Part shown: one piece after another, positions 24,727 to 29,411 of the stretch
Numbering within the stretch: position 1 is the first letter of the stretch
Layout: each line of letters opens with the position of its first letter
From: a virus
Lineage: Duplodnaviria > Caudoviricetes
Strand: one strand, 5' to 3'
DNA: 29,411 nt
Virus record (IMG/VR): IMGVR_UViG_3300035016_000041
Program-made: the position numbers and the translations under genes
Notes under the pieces: model-generated
What the model was told of the DNA's origin: nothing
The model's input: the letters and a program-made list of their open reading frames with translations, nothing else
The model's database searches: none

Positions 24727-24981
24727 TCAATCCTCGTAAAACCCATCTCGTTTGCCAATCTTCACGATCGTCACCACGTCGCCCTTGACCGTGAACTGCA
24801 CCCGGTAGTCACCGGTGCGGACGCGGTACTGGCCTGCCAGCCCGTGACGCAGGGGCTTTGCCCCGCTCACGGCTGGCCACTTCGCTAACCGCTCGATGAC
24901 CTCCAAAACCCGCCCGTGAATCTTGATCGGCAATGCGTCCAATTCCTCGCGGGCTTCGTTGTTCAGCAGCACGGTTGCCAT
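24727..24981 (-). CDS. RelE/HigB-family toxin
   Basis: 84 aa; AREELDALP, AKPLRHGLAGQYRVRTGDYRVQF, IVKIGKRDGFY. Confidence 0.9.
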   Translation of the reverse strand: MATVLLNNEAREELDALPIKIHGRVLEVIERLAKWPAVSGAKPLRHGLAGQYRVRTGDYRVQFTVKGDVVTIVKIGKRDGFYED

Positions 24982-24987
24982 GCCCAT

Positions 24988-25015
24988 ATTCTACATTATA
25001 GACATAATTTGTCAA
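24988..25015 (-). promoter_or_regulatory. Sigma70-type promoter of the TA operon with overlapping operator-like palindrome
   Basis: Minus strand TTGACA (25015-25010), 16 nt, TAGAAT (24993-24988), 6 nt, ATG; near-palindrome GACATAATTTGTC at 25001-25013. Confidence 0.6.
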
Positions 25016-25088
25016 TGGAAATGCATACGAATTTTGGTGGGCCATCCTCGCTATTTATCGGTTATTATAAGTCTCATCCGTGGGGCTT

Positions 25089-26003
25089 ATGGAACTACCG
25101 ACCGCCAAATTAGCAGGTGTGCTACGTGATGCTCCGAACTTTGACTTCCTAATGGGGGGAGTGCGCATTTGGGGCGACGTGGTGACAGATATTCCGGAGT
25201 ACGCCGCGTTTGCAAACGCCGAGGCTGTCCGACGTCTTGCAGGCGCCAAAGTACTTGGACGTCGGCTGTTTAAGGCGTCAGTCCCGCTAGGTCACAAGTC
25301 CACCATCGCATTGACGGAGTTCCTCGTCAGTGGAACCGATGTTGGCGTCCACTACAAACGGGGATACCGGCGGTGCGATGATGAAGCTGAACAGATTAGA
25401 CGTCGCGCCGCGAAGCTTTACGCCGCCCGCGAGGGTGCAGACCTAACGAACGCGGAGGATGCGGAGCAAAGGCTGCGCGACTGTCGCGGGATCACCGACC
25501 TGTTCCTATTTCGTCTGACGCAATGGATCGATATGTGGCCCGGGGTAGTCCTCCACATCCAGAACCGTGGAAAGCTAAAGGCACCGCGTTACCGCGAGTT
25601 TATTGAAGATGCTACAGGAATACATGATCGCAGCGTGAAGTTCAGCGTCAACGCCGCCCCGCTATTGGAGTTCGTAACCACATTGGACTTACGAGCTTTG
25701 CCCGAAGCCCTTATGACCGTTACGCAGTACAGGGAGGCCCGGCTCCGGGAATTCCAGTTGGAAGACGTTGCCGTCATTTCCGGAGCCCACGATCCCACGT
25801 CAGTCCTCGATAATACGGCCGACCCATATGCGCCGTACTGGCCCGCCTCCGACTTCAAGACCAAATTTGGGATCCCGCCATCACGTCTTCGCCAAGCAAA
25901 GAAGCGGGGGCAATTACGGTTCAAACTCATTCGTAAGCTTCCCTACTATTCCATCCCTAATGCTCGGGAACTGTGGGCTCCGGATTTCGACGAGCAGTTC
26001 TAG
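25089..26003 (+). CDS. Hypothetical protein with C-terminal excisionase/MerR-like HTH
   Basis: 304-aa ORF in AT-richer DNA; last ~55 aa YWPASDFKTKFGIPPSRLRQAKKRGQLRF...PYYSIPNAREL resemble a winged HTH. Confidence 0.6.
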   Translation: MELPTAKLAGVLRDAPNFDFLMGGVRIWGDVVTDIPEYAAFANAEAVRRLAGAKVLGRRLFKASVPLGHKSTIALTEFLVSGTDVGVHYKRGYRRCDDEAEQIRRRAAKLYAAREGADLTNAEDAEQRLRDCRGITDLFLFRLTQWIDMWPGVVLHIQNRGKLKAPRYREFIEDATGIHDRSVKFSVNAAPLLEFVTTLDLRALPEALMTVTQYREARLREFQLEDVAVISGAHDPTSVLDNTADPYAPYWPASDFKTKFGIPPSRLRQAKKRGQLRFKLIRKLPYYSIPNARELWAPDFDEQF

Positions 26004-26316
26004 CACATCTGTACTCATCCGCTCCGGTCTGCCCGCCAGCGGTATGCGAACGTATCAATACGAATATTGCGCAGGCTATCGGCACTCATCCGCGGTCCTC
26101 TGCCGTCTTCCCGTTGTCTCCGTTGGATACGTTGGTCGTTTCGACCGAATTTGAGCATTTCAAGGCATTTTGCGCCATTTGCGGCCTGTTCCCTGCAGGC
26201 CATGCTGCAGTAGAGGCTACCTTGTGGATAGTGGCCCTCCGTCAAACGACTGGGTAATGACCGTCGACCTACGCTGAACCTACTGTGAACGCTCATTTTA
26301 TGACCTTCGGATCCCC

Positions 26317-26366
26317 TGGGACTCCTTGGGACTACGTGGGATTACTTGGAATGACCGGGATTACAA
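26317..26366. repeat. Five ~10-bp-period degenerate direct repeats (TGGGA(C/T)TAC-like)
   Basis: TGGGACTCCT TGGGACTACG TGGGATTACT TGGAATGACC GGGATTACAA read directly. Confidence 0.7.
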
Positions 26367-26490
26367 CGGGGTGCGAGTTGTGGCGGTGCATCGATCGACA
26401 ACGAACGTAAGTGCAGTATTGCGCAGATACTAGCAGCGGCGGTATTCAGACCAACGACCAAGCTAGTTGAAATCACGAAACTGTCCAAGG

Positions 26491-26535
26491 CGTGACAGGC
26501 GTGACAGGTCGTGACATCCGTGACAAGGCGTGAAT
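26491..26535. repeat. CGTGACA direct-repeat array (4 perfect + 1 degenerate)
   Basis: CGTGACA at 26491, 26500, 26510, 26519 and CGTGAAT at 26529; spacing 9/10/9/10. Confidence 0.8.
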
Positions 26536-26586
26536 CAGGTCAGTTTGGCCTTTGTTCCGGCGGCCAGCGCTGGCATTAATAGGTCC

Positions 26587-26748
26587 ATGCGAAAGAAGCG
26601 AAGCAACAACAAACGTAGTACACGAATGACGCCTGAACTTTGTCGCGCACTTGCTCGACTGACCTATTGGGCGGAACGCGTTAGATCGCTGCAATGTGCT
26701 GCACCAGTTCGATCGTCGATGAACCCGACGGTCCGGAAGGCAGCTTGA
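26587..26748 (+). CDS. Possible small basic protein
   Basis: 53-aa ORF MRKKRSNNKR...TVRKAA downstream of the repeat array; no recognisable domain. Confidence 0.3.
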   Translation: MRKKRSNNKRSTRMTPELCRALARLTYWAERVRSLQCAAPVRSSMNPTVRKAA

Positions 26749-26775
26749 AGGGGTGGGTATACGATGTCCGTCCCA

Positions 26776-27405
26776 CTATCGCCCTCGGCGTTTGGGTTTG
26801 GCGGGTCCGGCCGGCGTAGCACGAGGATCTTCCGCGTTCTGAACGGATGCCACTCCCGTTCTACGTGCCTGTTTGAGTTCTTCTAGTGCCGCCTCATACA
26901 GAGCGGCGTCTGGGCGCCGCCCGGCAAGAATTTCAATCGCTACGCTGGGCTCGCCACCTTCCTCGGTGATACGGTCCAACGCGACGTTGGCGGCGGCAGA
27001 CGTGGTGGCAGACGCGAACGTGATGAGCGCGGCTATTTGGATGACCTCGGGTTGTCGAGCCATCCAGCGAACGATACGCGAAGTAAGCTCTTCGCGATTG
27101 ATCTGCCACTTGCCGCACAGCTCATCAAATGCTTTCTCGGTAGCCGCCGCTTCTTCGGGGGTGTTCGCGACGTAGCGGGCGTTGACCGAATGGTGGCCGG
27201 CGCCGGCGTCTTCGAGTTCTTTGAGCGTGATCCGAAGCGCTTGAGCCAGCAACCTCTTGGTAGACGTACGAGCAGCCAATTTCTCCGACGTCTCCAAGCT
27301 CTGTATTGCTTCAGGCGACAGACCTGCGTGCTCTGCAAACGCCTTACGCGATTTGAATCCCAGCATATGTCGCTGCGCCGTCAGCCAGTCTCCGAAGTGG
27401 ATCAT
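26776..27405 (-). CDS. CI-like repressor (XRE HTH, no S24 domain)
   Basis: FGDWLTAQRHMLGFKSRKAFAEHAGLSPEAIQSLET...LAQALRI; divergent from Cro-like gene. Confidence 0.75.
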   Translation of the reverse strand: MIHFGDWLTAQRHMLGFKSRKAFAEHAGLSPEAIQSLETSEKLAARTSTKRLLAQALRITLKELEDAGAGHHSVNARYVANTPEEAAATEKAFDELCGKWQINREELTSRIVRWMARQPEVIQIAALITFASATTSAAANVALDRITEEGGEPSVAIEILAGRRPDAALYEAALEELKQARRTGVASVQNAEDPRATPAGPAKPKRRGR

Positions 27406-27539
27406 AAGGAAAGTCGTATCGGCTCATATTTGGTTATACAACATGATATTTAGTAAAATACCGAAAATAGGTTGAAACACTGAAAACATAGGGTATATAT
27501 AACTGCCGTCCTGATGAAGTAACCCATCGGAGCAGATAG
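27406..27539. promoter_or_regulatory. Divergent lysis-lysogeny control region
   Basis: Very AT-rich 134-bp gap between divergent HTH genes; TTGAAA and TATATATAAC present; exact promoters/operators not resolved. Confidence 0.6.
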
Positions 27540-27797
27540 ATGCGAAAGAAGATCACGCCTTTTTACCGAGCCCGTTACGCCAAGGGATTCACACAAGCGG
27601 AACTCGCCGCAAAGTTGGGCGTCAGCCAGGCCGCTGTGAACGGGTGGGAAACAGGTCGGTGGATTCCACGCTTGGCGATTGCCGACGAGCTGGCAAAGCT
27701 GCTCGGCATTTCGCGGGATGATCTGCTCGAGCTAGTCGTAGCGTCTGCGTCGGCGTCCACGGATACCGTCGGCAATCAGGCACTCGCAACTGCTTAA
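27540..27797 (+). CDS. Cro-like HTH regulator
   Basis: GFTQAELAAKLGVSQAAVNGWETGRWIP; GGAG upstream; divergent from CI-like gene. Confidence 0.85.
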   Translation: MRKKITPFYRARYAKGFTQAELAAKLGVSQAAVNGWETGRWIPRLAIADELAKLLGISRDDLLELVVASASASTDTVGNQALATA

Positions 27798-27859
27798 GCA
27801 CGGTGAATGCATCTTATAGCGACGGTGTCACAAGCGGGACTCAAGTTACTAGGTGATGT

Positions 27860-28114
27860 ATGAGCGACCTACTCACACCAAAGAAATTCGCCGCCGAGAT
27901 GGGCAAGGGTCTTGGCTTCGTGATGTCGCTGATCAACAACGGCGAGATCGAGGTCGAGGATCACCGGTCGCCCGGCAAGACGCTGCCCCGCTACATGATC
28001 AACCGCGAGCAGATCGCCATCTGGCGAAACAATCGCCGGACCCGGAAGAACCCTAAGACGGAACAGCAGCAGGGTCGGCAGCAGCCGCAGGAACTTGAGT
28101 CGGTAATTCGCTAG
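27860..28114 (+). CDS. Excisionase-like HTH protein
   Basis: LLTPKKFAAEMG...VMSLINNGEI...PRYMINREQI; AGGTG upstream; adjacent to integrase. Confidence 0.75.
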   Translation: MSDLLTPKKFAAEMGKGLGFVMSLINNGEIEVEDHRSPGKTLPRYMINREQIAIWRNNRRTRKNPKTEQQQGRQQPQELESVIR

Positions 28115-29411
28115 TCCACCCCTCGAACAGTTCGCGCCAGACATGATCGACCACCGCGTACAACTTCGCCTCGGGGAACCGCTCGACGTACTCGGCACTG
28201 ATGTGCCGGTCGGTGTGACCCATGATGAGGTTGATCGCGTCGTCGTCCTTCACCGGCATGCCTTCAGCGAGCGTGCGGAACGTGGTACGCAGGCCCGACA
28301 GGCCGCGCCCGACCGAGTGGACGTCAGCCGCCTTCATCAGCTTGTAAAACTCGCCAGCGGCGGCATCGACGCGGTTGGCCGACAGCAGCGTGCCTCGCTC
28401 GGATCGTTCCTCGCAAGCGCGGGACAGCGGCATCGCGAAGGTCGTCAGGAAGAACAGGTCGCCGTGCTTCTCGAAGCAGGGGCCGTAGACGTCGGGCCGC
28501 TTGAGAAACCGCTTGTCACCGGGCTCGGGGCGGCGGTAGCTGCGGAGGGCATCGATCGTCTCGCGCCACAACGGTGCCTTGCGGTACGCGCGGCCCTTCT
28601 TTCCGCGCCGGAACTCGATCACGCGCCGGTCCAACTCGACCACCTCGCGCGGCAGGGCGCCGAGGTCGGCGTTGTGGAAGCCCGCGTTGAGGCCGAGCAG
28701 CACCATCGAGATCCACAGCGGCTTGTCCGCGGCGGCCGTCACCAGCTTGCGGACCTCGTCGCGCGAGAACTCCTTCTGAATGTTGGCACGCGAGTCGCGA
28801 CGCTCATCCTTGCTCGTCTTCTTCATGTCCGACCCCATCTTCACGGGGTGGGGCAGGTGGTCGTTCTCAACGCCCCATTTGTACATCGCGACAATCGGAG
28901 CGATGTAGCGGTCGCGGGTGTACGGGCTCTGGCCCGGGATGCGCGAGGCATAGGCGGCGAACTGTGCCGGGCCGAGTTTGACGGCCGGCTGGTTGGCGAG
29001 CCGATCGCTGTTGCCGCCGCCGTCCGTCCACCGGGTATCGTTGAACAGCTGGATCGCCAGGCGGTAATCCTCGTAAGTGCGGGCCTTGAACGGTCGCGGC
29101 TTCTTTGTCTCGATCCGCTGGCGCAGCCATCCCATGTAGAGGTTGCTGAGCTCCTTCACGGTCACCACTTGCTGGCCGTCGGGCTCGGTCGCCTTCAACA
29201 TCAGCGGCTGCTTGCGGTCGAAGTCACCGGCCTTGATGCGGGCGTGCAGGCGGGCCACCGCCTCGCGCGGCGAGATGCAGCCGCAGACCCACTTCATCTG
29301 GTTGTTGAAGGACTTGGCGTAGCCGTCCTTTCGCAGGCTCATAGGGAACTTGGCGGGCAACTTGTAGCCGGCGGCGGTGAACCAGTCGGGCAGCTTGATC
29401 GTGACGGCCAT
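28053..29411 (-). CDS. int: Tyrosine recombinase/integrase
   Basis: 452 aa; ARTYEDY core-binding region, FSRDEVRKLV, LLGLNAGF, GLRTTF, LIMGH, AEY; start at window edge so may extend further. Confidence 0.88.
   Translation of the reverse strand: MAVTIKLPDWFTAAGYKLPAKFPMSLRKDGYAKSFNNQMKWVCGCISPREAVARLHARIKAGDFDRKQPLMLKATEPDGQQVVTVKELSNLYMGWLRQRIETKKPRPFKARTYEDYRLAIQLFNDTRWTDGGGNSDRLANQPAVKLGPAQFAAYASRIPGQSPYTRDRYIAPIVAMYKWGVENDHLPHPVKMGSDMKKTSKDERRDSRANIQKEFSRDEVRKLVTAAADKPLWISMVLLGLNAGFHNADLGALPREVVELDRRVIEFRRGKKGRAYRKAPLWRETIDALRSYRRPEPGDKRFLKRPDVYGPCFEKHGDLFFLTTFAMPLSRACEERSERGTLLSANRVDAAAGEFYKLMKAADVHSVGRGLSGLRTTFRTLAEGMPVKDDDAINLIMGHTDRHISAEYVERFPEAKLYAVVDHVWRELFEGWTSELPTQVPAAAADPAAVPS

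Larger units (their letters stand above)
1..29411. mobile_element. Temperate siphovirus-type prophage (partial; no att sites, lysis or replication genes seen in window)
   Basis: Contiguous co-oriented terminase-portal-protease-capsid-neck-tail gene run on + followed by repressor/Cro/excisionase/integrase. Confidence 0.95.

Noticed and set aside
26317-26535. CRISPR array
   Set aside because: Repeat units are 7-10 bp with no unique spacers and no cas genes.
26004-26775. tRNA/ncRNA or att core site
   Set aside because: No cloverleaf or recognisable RNA motif seen; an att site cannot be assigned without the other prophage end.
23866-26775. Lysis cassette after the tail genes
   Set aside because: No holin-endolysin-spanin set recognisable; the one membrane protein is antisense with a Zn ribbon. 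Lysis genes probably lie outside the window.

Overview
The whole window is part of a GC-rich temperate siphophage (prophage). It has a lambda-like head module (Nu1/GpA terminase, gpW, portal, S49 protease with a probable nested scaffold, gpD, gpE) and neck genes. Next come a tail tube, a tail chaperone with a clear -1 frameshift signal (A AAA AAC plus hairpin) and an 858-aa tape measure. The tail tip is GTA/YuA-like (Dit-like, DUF2163-like hub, NlpC/P60, split megatron/gpJ-like). An AT-richer accessory block follows (Zn-ribbon membrane protein, RelE/HigB-HTH toxin-antitoxin pair, unknown HTH-tailed ORF, periodic repeat arrays), then a CI/Cro/Xis/Int lysogeny module. An Abi-alpha-like gene lies antisense at the left end. 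The standout is 19443..19931, which carries the motif set of an ERV/ALR-family FAD-dependent sulfhydryl oxidase (W-x3-H, CGEC-x2-H, HNDVNRRIGRP). It sits inside the tail-tip operon, coupled by an ATGA overlap to a Dit-like tail protein with 16 Cys in its last ~275 aa. This suggests a phage-encoded cytoplasmic disulfide-forming system for a tail adhesin, analogous to poxvirus E10R and ASFV pB119L. All calls come from motif recognition and synteny by eye; no searches were run.
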